A DNA stretch of 25,423 nt from an uncultured delta proteobacterium. GTDB taxonomy: Bacteria > Desulfobacterota > WTBG01. Positions 17,488 through 25,423 of the stretch are shown here, one piece after another; positions within the stretch are counted from its first letter, which is position 1; the number at the start of each line of letters is the position of its first letter. Below the pieces are notes generated by a model that saw only the letters and a list, made by a program, of their open reading frames with translations, was not told the origin of the DNA and searched no databases. Where the stretch lies: assembly GCA_963793865.1 (NCBI GenBank), contig CAWCBP010000005.1, forward strand, positions 1 through 25,423, given 5' to 3'. The position numbers and the translations under genes are program-made.

Positions 17488-18102
17488 CTATCTCGATATT
17501 CTGCCGACCGGCATCTTCAGCAGATCACCCCTGGTGACTATTCCTTTCAAAACGGCAGCGCTATCAACGACAGGAATTCTATTAATCTTTTTTTCATGAA
17601 AGAGGGTGTTGATTTCAAAAACGGTGGCGTTTTCAATGACGGTAATGGCAGGCGCGGTCATAATATCGCGGGCTTTCTGAGCACGGATGGGCATGACAAG
17701 ACACCATTTATTCCTCAAACAGTTTGCAATCACCGCCATGAAATTTGTTGCACTGCCATCTCCCATGGTGCGGAGAAAGTCCTTTTCAGAAATAACACCG
17801 ACAACCCTTTTCCCTTCATCGACAATGGGTAACCCTGATATCCCCTTCTTACCCATCAGCTGCGCTACTTCTTCAAGTGAAGCAGCAGGGGTAACGGAAA
17901 CAACATTTACAGTCATAATGTCCTTTGCTTTAATTGACTCCACTACTCTCTGAAAGGCCTTGCGACAGGCAATGGTATAGATGTGCTTAAAATCTTCCGC
18001 TGTAATATCCAAATAGCCGGGTATTTCTTTCATTGCCCGATAAATATCATCATCCGACAGTACAATATCATTAAGCTTGGTATCATTGAGTAATTCGCCC
18101 AT
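17488..18102 (-). CDS. CBS-domain pair protein associated with the HPP gene
   Basis: Two CBS domains (AKDIMT...ISGLPIVD...VGVISEKD; ARDIMT...INRIPVVD...GIVTRGD) and an N-terminal YLDITAED motif. Directly upstream of the HPP gene on the same strand. Confidence 0.9.
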   Translation of the reverse strand: MGELLNDTKLNDIVLSDDDIYRAMKEIPGYLDITAEDFKHIYTIACRKAFQRVVESIKAKDIMTVNVVSVTPAASLEEVAQLMGKKGISGLPIVDEGKRVVGVISEKDFLRTMGDGSATNFMAVIANCLRNKWCLVMPIRAQKARDIMTAPAITVIENATVFEINTLFHEKKINRIPVVDSAAVLKGIVTRGDLLKMPVGRISR

Positions 18103-18269
18103 ACCCACATCCCGGACAATGGCATAGCGCGCGTTCGCTCGGTTTGCTCATTGCACCTCTGTTGAAATTAATGCATACAATATTCTGTTTTTTCTACCAA
18201 AGTGTTTTACCCATACGGGTAATGGAATTCACAAACTACTTTTATAATAACATGCATGATTTGCTTCAG

Positions 18270-18287
18270 ATATGATATAAGTCATAT
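18270..18287. promoter_or_regulatory. Crp/Fnr-type palindrome in the divergent CBS-HPP / Rieske intergenic region
   Basis: Perfect ATATGA-N6-TCATAT (TGA-N6-TCA core). A plus-strand TATAAA at 18309-18314 starts 30.5 nt from the box centre, close to the spacing at the other two boxes (30.5 and 31.5). Confidence 0.5.
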
Positions 18288-18356
18288 TTATAAGCGGTGG
18301 GTATGGTGTATAAAGAGATGAGAAGAAACGGCAGCAAAAGGAATAAAAATTAAAAC

Positions 18357-18812
18357 GTGCGAGGCAACTGTTTGGGAAATAAAACGAGCGATACGGACAG
18401 GCGAACGTTTCTTGGGAAAGTGTGGACTGCCGCACTTGCTCTCGCCGGTTGCTCCGCCGCCTTCATTGCGGGCGGTTTTCTCTATCCGGTAGCGAGGCGC
18501 AAGTCCCCGCCTTTGTTTGTGTGCCTGGAATCACAGGTCTCCCCCGGGAAACCTCTTGAAATAAAGGATCCGGAAGGAAGAAATGTTCTCCTCCTGCGAA
18601 AGGATGGCGGGGAAATTATTGCGCTCGGATCTATCTGCCCTCATTTGGGCTGCACCGTTTACTACCGGCCGCAGAAGAACATATTTGAATGCCCCTGTCA
18701 CCAGGGTGTTTTTGACGCGGACGGCAACCCGATAGCAGGTCCACCGGAACAGCCACTCAATCATTACGAAACCGAAGTGCGCGGCGGTAAGGTTTTTGTG
18801 CAATTCGCATAG
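18357..18812 (+). CDS. Rieske [2Fe-2S] subunit of a Rieske/cytochrome b complex
   Basis: Tat motif DRRTFL plus a TM anchor, and boxes CPHLGC and CPCH. The start codon is uncertain. Confidence 0.92.
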   Translation: MRGNCLGNKTSDTDRRTFLGKVWTAALALAGCSAAFIAGGFLYPVARRKSPPLFVCLESQVSPGKPLEIKDPEGRNVLLLRKDGGEIIALGSICPHLGCTVYYRPQKNIFECPCHQGVFDADGNPIAGPPEQPLNHYETEVRGGKVFVQFA

Positions 18813-18820
18813 GAGACGTT

Positions 18821-19894
18821 ATGGAACAGCAGGCACGGGAGGGGTTGCTCAAAGCCTTGCCCATAGACATCAAGAGCCTTTACGAAAAGGCTGATGAACC
18901 GCTTCCCCACTCCGTGAAGCTCTGGTGGTGGTGCTGGGGAGGAATCCCCGGTCTGTTATTTGCAATTCTTGCCCTGTCGGGACTTATCCTGTCCATATAT
19001 TACCGCGCGGAGCCGGAGACCACCTACAAGTCGATTGCCTTCATAACCGGGGAAGCGCGATATGGGCAGTTTGTCCGTTCGGTTCACCGGTGGGGCGCAA
19101 CCTTCATGATTGTCTGCGTGTTCCTGCATATGCTCCGGACCTTCGTGACAGCGGCATTCAGGGATTACCGGTGGGGAGCATGGGTCGGCGGCGTAATCCT
19201 TCTGGCGCTTACTCTGGGAATGGGCTTCACCGGTTATGCCCTGGTGTATGACCAGAAAGGTTATTGGGCTTTGACCATTACCTCCAACATTATTGCCACG
19301 GTTCCGTTCATCGGAGAAATGCTGAAAAACCTTTTCCTGGCGGGAGACAGGATCAACCCAGCCACGCTGAGCCGCATGTATTCCCTGCACGCGATGATAC
19401 TCCCCGCCTCCTTAATACTGTTTGTGATGGGCCATCTTTTCTTTGTGAGGCTTATGGGATTATATCTGCCCGGAAACAAGCGAGACCGGCAGGAGGAAAA
19501 GGAGCGCATGGCACGCGAAGGTGCTTACCACTTTTATCCCGACCACCTGGCGAGCGAGTTTGCCGTTTTCCTGTACCTCGTCCTGGTGATCTCGCTCCTC
19601 TCACTGGCATTGCCCGCTGTCATGGGTGAACCGGCCGACCCGGCAGTTACACCGGAGCACATAAAGCCGGAGTGGTATTTTTATCCCTTCTACCATCTGC
19701 TCAAGATCGTTCCCGGAGCCGTTGGAGTAACCATCATTGCCATCTTCGGCATTGGGCTTGTGTTCTGGCCGGTTTTGGATCACCATCTTTTTCAGCGGAT
19801 TGACAGGTTTGTCGGGTGGCGTCTTGATTTGAGCCTGGTGCTCGGTTTGATGGTTGCGGCATTGTTTCTTTTCTGGACATTTGCCGAGGCATAA
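18821..19894 (+). CDS. Cytochrome b of a Rieske/cytochrome b complex (b6-like domain and subunit IV-like domain in one chain)
   Basis: CWGG, RSVHRW...LHMLR, FTGY, YW, SLH...GH heme ligands, and TPEHIKPEWYF Qo motif. Confidence 0.92.
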   Translation: MEQQAREGLLKALPIDIKSLYEKADEPLPHSVKLWWWCWGGIPGLLFAILALSGLILSIYYRAEPETTYKSIAFITGEARYGQFVRSVHRWGATFMIVCVFLHMLRTFVTAAFRDYRWGAWVGGVILLALTLGMGFTGYALVYDQKGYWALTITSNIIATVPFIGEMLKNLFLAGDRINPATLSRMYSLHAMILPASLILFVMGHLFFVRLMGLYLPGNKRDRQEEKERMAREGAYHFYPDHLASEFAVFLYLVLVISLLSLALPAVMGEPADPAVTPEHIKPEWYFYPFYHLLKIVPGAVGVTIIAIFGIGLVFWPVLDHHLFQRIDRFVGWRLDLSLVLGLMVAALFLFWTFAEA

Positions 19895-19896
19895 GC

Positions 19897-21507
19897 ATGA
19901 AGGAGGCATCCATGAGTCTTAAGCTAAAGCAGGCAATCATTGCTGTTGTCTCTATGGCCATCGTTGTGGTGCTCGCCTACGTCGTATACACCGAGCGCAG
20001 ACACGAGATGGTTGAACACAAAATAATAGTAAAGCCGGATTCTGCCGGCTGCGTAAGGTGCCACGGCTACGGGGATGATGGAGGGGCCGGCAGCAGCCCC
20101 GGCATCGTCAAGCACTGGGAGGCCAGTGTCCATGCCGCGCAAGGTGTCGGTTGTGCGGATTGTCACGGTATGGCTGCCGCGGGCAGTGTCGAGGATATTG
20201 AAAACCCCCGGTACGTGGTCAGCACCACCTGGGACAAGAACACCGGCCTCAAGACGGTTGCGCTTGCCATGCAGGACGGCAGGCCTGTGGAGCGGGCGGA
20301 CCTCTGGGAGCATGAGGGCACCCAGATCGTAGTCGGCGTTTCTCCCCGCACCTGTGCCCGCTGCCACGAAAAGGAAGCCACCGAGTTCTTCAACTCCCGG
20401 CACGCATCGGCAGCCCAGTTCATCGGCTCCATAGATAATTTTCTGGGTCGTTTTGCCGAAGGTCCGGCGGCCGCCAATAATGGCTGCCAGCAATGCCATG
20501 GCAGTGTGGTGAGGATTGCCTCCACGGATGCGCCTGCCAAAAACCCCCGCTATGCTCCGGACACCTGGCCCAATACGGGAATGGGCCGTGTCAACAGTGA
20601 TGGATCATGGGGCTCATGCAGCGCCTGTCATTCCCGGCATGAATTCTCCGCGGAACTTGCCCGGCGTCCTGAGAACTGCGGGAAATGCCACATGGGTCCG
20701 GACCACCCGCAGATTGAAATCTATAACGAATCAAAGCATGGAATTGCTTACAGGAAGAATGAGCGGTTCATGCAATTGGACCTGCCCGGAGGCAAATGGG
20801 TGCTGGGAAAAGACTACGCTCAGGCACCGGTGTGTTCTACCTGCCACATGGGCCCGGTGGCACGGCACGGGAATTATCCCGGGCTGGAGCTCACCCATGA
20901 TGTGGGTTCGCGCATCTCATGGACGAATCGACCTGAGATATCAATCCGACCGCAGGGCATCACCGCGGCGGATGGGAGGGTGCTGCTCAAGGATTCGGAG
21001 GGTCGCCGTGCCGACATGAAGCAGGTGTGCCTTACCTGCCATTCGGTCAACTGGGTGGACAACTTTTATGTCCAGTATGACGAGGCGGTCGAACTCTACA
21101 ATAATAAATATGCCAGGCCGGCTGTGGCGATTTATGATTTCCTCAAGAAGGAGGAGCTTCTGGATGAAGTGCCCATGAACGAAGAAATGGATTATGTATT
21201 CTTCGAGATCTGGCACCATGAAGGGCGAAGGGCCCGCCACGGGGCCAGCATGATGGGGCCTGATTATGTGCAATGGCATGGGTTCTATGAATTAACCCGG
21301 AACATGTATACCCACTTCCTGCCCCTGGCGGTTGAGGTTGGAGAAAAGGCGGGAAAGGGCGACCTTGTTCGCGGCTTCATAAAAGATACCCTGCGCGGAA
21401 CGGACGGCAAAGACTGGGAACCGTATCATCAATGGACGGAAGGGCTCAGCCTCGATCAAAAAGAGGCCATGATCGAGTGGGAAAAGAGCACCTATCAGCG
21501 ACACTAA
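19897..21507 (+). CDS. Membrane-anchored octaheme HAO-family cytochrome c, reductive (epsilon-Hao-like) type
   Basis: Eight CxxCH motifs, CSACHSRHEFS...ARRPENCGKCHMGPDHPQIEIYNESKHG, WHHEGRRARHGASMMGPDYVQWHG, and an N-terminal TM helix. Alternative start ATG 19912 follows AGGAGG. Confidence 0.88.
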   Translation: MKEASMSLKLKQAIIAVVSMAIVVVLAYVVYTERRHEMVEHKIIVKPDSAGCVRCHGYGDDGGAGSSPGIVKHWEASVHAAQGVGCADCHGMAAAGSVEDIENPRYVVSTTWDKNTGLKTVALAMQDGRPVERADLWEHEGTQIVVGVSPRTCARCHEKEATEFFNSRHASAAQFIGSIDNFLGRFAEGPAAANNGCQQCHGSVVRIASTDAPAKNPRYAPDTWPNTGMGRVNSDGSWGSCSACHSRHEFSAELARRPENCGKCHMGPDHPQIEIYNESKHGIAYRKNERFMQLDLPGGKWVLGKDYAQAPVCSTCHMGPVARHGNYPGLELTHDVGSRISWTNRPEISIRPQGITAADGRVLLKDSEGRRADMKQVCLTCHSVNWVDNFYVQYDEAVELYNNKYARPAVAIYDFLKKEELLDEVPMNEEMDYVFFEIWHHEGRRARHGASMMGPDYVQWHGFYELTRNMYTHFLPLAVEVGEKAGKGDLVRGFIKDTLRGTDGKDWEPYHQWTEGLSLDQKEAMIEWEKSTYQRH

Positions 21508-21550
21508 GAACTCCGTTAATCTGCAGGACCTGACCGGGCTGTGCCGCAAA

Positions 21551-22240
21551 CTATGCAAGTCGGCGCGCGCCGCCGGCAAGCGCTTTGAGTCCCTCGCGAT
21601 CAAGGATTTTGATGGTGCGCTGTCCCGGGGAGGCGATCAGATCCTCGCTGCTCATGCGGGCCAGAATGCGGGAAAGCGTTTCCGGTATGGTTCCCAGCAG
21701 GCTGGCAAGCTGGGTCTTGGATATATCCAGGGTGAGATGCGGTGAGCGGCCCCCGGTTTCGCTGAGATAGAGCAGGTAGGCGGACAGCCTGCCCGGCACC
21801 TCTTTTAACGACAGGTCTTCGACCAGTGCGCTGAACCTTCGCAAACGCACGGAGAGCACGGCGAGCATGTTCATGGCAAGGGATGGATTCTTTTTTATCA
21901 AATCAATAAAGGCCCTGCGCGGGATGAAAAACGATTTGATTTCTTCCATTGCCTGAGCATGGGCGGGAAAATGCGCCCCGGAGAATACCGGGACTTCGCC
22001 AAACGGTTCACCGGGACCGATGATGTGCAGGATCTGCTCTTTTCCTTCGCGGGAGATTTTGAACACCTTGACCCGCCCCGAAATGACAAGGTAAAATCCG
22101 TCCCCGGCATCGCCTTCCGCAAAGATGGTTTGCTTTTTTTTAAAAGACTTCCGCACCGCTATCGATGCTAATTGTTTATGGTGTTCCGGTGTCAGCCCCT
22201 GGAACAGGGGTATGTCTGCCAGCTGTTTCAACACATCCAT
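21551..22240 (-). CDS. hcpR: Crp/Fnr-family transcriptional regulator, HcpR type
   Basis: cNMP-like domain (GKEQILHIIGPGEPFGE), HTH with LGTIPETLSR (ExxSR), and divergent arrangement with hcp. Confidence 0.8.
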   Translation of the reverse strand: MDVLKQLADIPLFQGLTPEHHKQLASIAVRKSFKKKQTIFAEGDAGDGFYLVISGRVKVFKISREGKEQILHIIGPGEPFGEVPVFSGAHFPAHAQAMEEIKSFFIPRRAFIDLIKKNPSLAMNMLAVLSVRLRRFSALVEDLSLKEVPGRLSAYLLYLSETGGRSPHLTLDISKTQLASLLGTIPETLSRILARMSSEDLIASPGQRTIKILDREGLKALAGGARRLA

Positions 22241-22352
22241 TTTTCACCTCATCGTTGCGTCTTTGAAAGTATCAACCCGGGTTGTTCCAATTCAAGGCAT
22301 GCGGAAAGCATTTCCGGCGAAGACATCCTCAGCTCAAAAAAATATTTACTTT

Positions 22353-22368
22353 CTTGACTTGAATCAAG
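22353..22368 (+). promoter_or_regulatory. HcpR/Fnr-type binding site upstream of hcp, with -10 candidate TATTAT at 22392-22397
   Basis: Perfect CTTGA-N6-TCAAG palindrome between the divergent hcpR and hcp genes, at class II activator distance from the -10 candidate. Confidence 0.75.
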
Positions 22369-22467
22369 GCTTATTCTCCCGCATCGGCCTATATTATTCC
22401 TCACAAGGCTCGTATTCAAGGATTATAATCAATAACCCAAACATCAACAGATAAAGGAGGCAGCATT

Positions 22468-24111
22468 ATGGGAACATCAACTATGTTTTGTTATCAATGT
22501 GAACAGACGGCAAAAGGCGAGGGATGCACCAAAGGCGGTGTATGCGGAAAAGATCCGGATGTGGCGGCGCTGCAGGATTTGTTGGTGCATGCGGTGCAGG
22601 GACTCTCCCAGGTTGCGGTTGAGGGCCGCAAAGCAGGCGTCACGGATAAGCAGGTCAATGCGTTTACCGTGCAAGCCCTCTTTGCAACGCTTACCAATGT
22701 GGATTTTGACGCCGAGCGTTTTATGGAACTGATCAACACCTGCGTTGAATTGCGGGAAGAATTGAAGAAGAAGGTGAAAGCGGCCGGCGGGAAGGTGGAC
22801 GTTGCCTCAGGGCCGGCAGTCCTTCAGCCTGCGAAAGATCTTGACGGTTTGATTGACCAGGGCACAAAGGTCGGCTTGAAGTCGGATCCCGGCATTGACC
22901 CGAATATTCTCTCCCTGCAGCACACAACGCTGTTCGGCATCAAAGGTGTGGCCGCCTATGCGGATCATGCCCGGATTCTCGGCCAGGAAGACGACAAGGT
23001 GTATGCTTTCATTCATGAAGGTCTGGCAGCAATGCTGAATAAAGACCTGACCCTGAATGACTGGGTCGGACTTGTCCTGAAATGCGGGGAAATAAATCTC
23101 AGGGCCATGGAGCTGCTCGATGCCGGCAATACAGGAACCTACGGGCATCCCGTTCCCACCAAGGTACCCCTGGGAGCGAAGAAGGGAAAGGCCATTCTCG
23201 TTTCAGGCCATGACCTGAAAGACCTGGAAGAACTCCTGAAGCAGACCGAGGGCAAAGGAATCAACGTTTATACCCATGGCGAGATGCTGCCCACCCATGG
23301 ATATCCCGGGCTTAAGAAATACCCGCATTTCTATGGCCATTACGGCACCGCCTGGCAGAACCAGAACAAGGAATTTGCCGATTTCCCCGGCGCCATTCTG
23401 ATGACCACCAACTGCATCCAGAAGCCCAGAGAGTCATATAAGGACAATATCTTTACCATCGGCCTGGTGGGCTGGCCCGGCGGACACATATTTGGACAGG
23501 AATTTTGCCCCGGTGATCGAGAAGGCTCTCGCCATGCCCGGGTTCGCTGCAGATACGCAACGGCAAGTCTGTCACGGTCGGATTTGCCCGAAATGCGGTC
23601 ATGGGCGTTGCCGGATAAGGTCATCGAAGCGGTGAAGAGCAAAAAGATCCGGCATTTCTTCCTGGTGGCCGGCTGTGACGGGGCAAAACCGGGCCGGAAC
23701 TATTACACCGAGTTTGTGGAAAAAGTCCCCAAAGATTCCGTGGTTCTGACGCTTGCCTGCGGTAAATTCCGCTTCTTTGACAAGGACCTGGGAGACATCG
23801 GGGGATTCCCGAGGCTGCTTGACATCGGTCAGTGCAATGATGCCTATTCGCCGATCCAGATCGCCGTTGCCCTGGCCAAGGCATTCAAGGTGGGCGTAAA
23901 TGAGCTGCCCCTGTCGATGATTCTCTCCTGGTATGAGCAGAAGGCTGTGGCGATTCTGCTTACGCTTCTGCATCTGGGGATCAAGAATATCCGCCTCGGG
24001 CCGAGTCTTCCGGCCTTTATTACCCCGACAGTGCTGGATGTGCTGGTGAAGAACTTTAACATCATGCCCATCACGACGCCGGACAAGGATCTTAAGGCAA
24101 TAGTGGGATAA
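22468..24111 (+). CDS. hcp: Hybrid cluster protein (NO / hydroxylamine reductase) with internal compensating frameshifts
   Basis: MFCYQCEQTAKGEGCTKGGVCGK cubane motif and hybrid-cluster ligands GHD, HGEM, TNC, GCDG, ACGK, GQCND, WYEQKA. RBS AAGGAGG. Segment ~23481-23613 reads out of frame. Confidence 0.95.
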   Translation: MGTSTMFCYQCEQTAKGEGCTKGGVCGKDPDVAALQDLLVHAVQGLSQVAVEGRKAGVTDKQVNAFTVQALFATLTNVDFDAERFMELINTCVELREELKKKVKAAGGKVDVASGPAVLQPAKDLDGLIDQGTKVGLKSDPGIDPNILSLQHTTLFGIKGVAAYADHARILGQEDDKVYAFIHEGLAAMLNKDLTLNDWVGLVLKCGEINLRAMELLDAGNTGTYGHPVPTKVPLGAKKGKAILVSGHDLKDLEELLKQTEGKGINVYTHGEMLPTHGYPGLKKYPHFYGHYGTAWQNQNKEFADFPGAILMTTNCIQKPRESYKDNIFTIGLVGWPGGHIFGQEFCPGDREGSRHARVRCRYATASLSRSDLPEMRSWALPDKVIEAVKSKKIRHFFLVAGCDGAKPGRNYYTEFVEKVPKDSVVLTLACGKFRFFDKDLGDIGGFPRLLDIGQCNDAYSPIQIAVALAKAFKVGVNELPLSMILSWYEQKAVAILLTLLHLGIKNIRLGPSLPAFITPTVLDVLVKNFNIMPITTPDKDLKAIVG

Positions 24112-24122
24112 AAAGGTACGAA

Positions 24123-24173
24123 AGATCGGGGGTTCAAGCGCGCAGGTGAAAAATAAGCTTGAACCCTCGATCT
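24123..24173 (+). terminator. Stem-loop downstream of hcp
   Basis: 17-bp arms AGATCGGGGGTTCAAGC (24123-24139) / GCTTGAACCCTCGATCT (24157-24173) with one G-U pair, followed by CTTTAAT. Confidence 0.6.
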
Positions 24174-24270
24174 CTTTAATAGTATTCATATACTGCAGTA
24201 AGGTGAACAATATAATCAGTTCGTTTGTCAGGGTTCACCAACCGTTTATTTCTCCGCCGGGGAACGCCAC

Positions 24271-25364
24271 ATGCACATAGGAAAAAAAATTCTGGATGAC
24301 ATCAGGCAAACGCTGGTTACCGACTATAACATCAACCTCACCGGTGAGGAATACGAAACCGTTACCAACGCTTTTGCTGATAGCCATGAGAAATTCCACC
24401 AGGGTGATTATAAGTCCAGACAATGTGCCTCGGTGGGATTGATGAAAAAGATTCTCGAGCATGACGGGAAGGAAAAAATACTCCTTTTTTTATCAGAGCT
24501 GGCAGGCATGGAACCGCAAATCCAGGTACTGCAACCCTGGAACAGAGACCACGTTGTTCATGCCCTTAATACCTTCTTCACCGGTGTATATATACTGAAA
24601 AGGATCGACGTCTTCGGGCATCACCACGTGCCTTATAATCCGACTCTTATGTGGAAACTCATCGGCCCCACTCATGACCTTGGATACCCCGTCGAAATCG
24701 CGGGGAATATTAAAAAGAATTCATGGATATCATGAACGGCATTCTTTCTGAAACCAACCCCGCTTCACCTGAGCTGAGGCAACCGATGTGTCCTGATAAT
24801 CTTGATGTGCTCTGCAGGGGCAGCAGTGCAAATGATCTCATCCAGAACCGCCTGAATGAATGGCAGCTTGGAATCGATGTGTATGATTATTATGCGTGGT
24901 TACAGAAACGCAACAGAATGGATCATGGAGTAATCGGTGCCCTCGCCCAGCTCAAAGTCATGGATGCGCTGTGCCGGGAGAAAAGCACAGGGACCCTGCA
25001 AACAAACACAGACGGCAGTGCAACACATTGTAATGAGGAATGTTTTGAATTGGACGTGGTATCTGCGGCAGCTTCACTGTTTATTCATAACATAAACGTG
25101 CGTTATCCTCGTTTCACCAACAAGATACATTTTAACATAGCTCCCATAGCATTCCTGCTTTTCCTGTGCGACACGTTCCAGGAGTGGGATAGATATGCCG
25201 ACCGCAGAACCGTATTCCGCGGGGATGAATTCAACATAGAATACAGGGATAAAAGAATTTTTTTGTCCGTCCCGCATGAACTGGAAGCAAGCATCTATGA
25301 GATTTTAAATAAGCGGCTCGAGGGCATACCAATAAGCGTCAATGGTCAACTCGCTGTGGATTAA
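24271..25364 (+). CDS. HD-superfamily metal-dependent phosphohydrolase-like protein split by a frameshift (ORFs 24271-24735 and 24723-25364)
   Basis: RDHVVH and THDLGYP lie in the first ORF; MDHG, IHN and LCDTFQEWDR lie in the second. One extra A in the run at 24712-24716 joins them into a 364-aa protein. Confidence 0.6.
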
Positions 25365-25423
25365 AAATTGCGCAACAGCGTAATTAGCATTAAGTAACCC
25401 GGCAAGGATGAGGGAAACATTGT

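Noticed and set aside
19897..21507. Oxidative hydroxylamine oxidoreductase or hydrazine dehydrogenase (nitrifier/anammox marker)
   Set aside because: The cross-linking Tyr position appears to be Trp, there is no amo, cycAB or hzs context, and hcp/hcpR point to reductive or detoxifying function.
19924..24210. Long antisense ORFs such as 19924-20499 and 23599-24210
   Set aside because: They are shadow frames of well-supported plus-strand genes in GC-rich coding sequence.
1..25423. Transposase, integrase, tRNA, rRNA or CRISPR array marking an island
   Set aside because: None was recognised. The only sign of rearrangement is the duplicated hcp promoter.

Overview
A gene-dense window from an anaerobic bacterium (Desulfobacterota-like by gene content; inferred) with two main blocks. 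(1) A ~15 kb plus-strand run (1569-16725): a pentaheme cytochrome c and a cytochrome b/13-heme fusion, followed by an unusual biosynthetic cluster with two B12-dependent radical SAM enzymes, a thioester/acyl-reductase SDR, an SCP2 lipid carrier, an alpha/beta hydrolase, an MMPL exporter, an EhpF-like adenylating enzyme, a frameshifted two-domain U32 [4Fe-4S] hydroxylase and a class III aminotransferase. (2) A nitrite/NO module (16892-24111): HPP and CBS proteins, a Rieske / cytochrome b / octaheme HAO-like operon, hcpR and hcp. The blocks appear linked by regulation. Bases 1132-1268 are a diverged copy of the hcp promoter, RBS and first four codons (22341-22479), including the Crp/Fnr box, and a third box with similar geometry precedes the Rieske operon. 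A MesB-like methyltransferase and a split HD-domain gene flank the region. Several indels (U32, hcp, HD gene) look like assembly errors. All family calls come from motif recognition; no searches were run.
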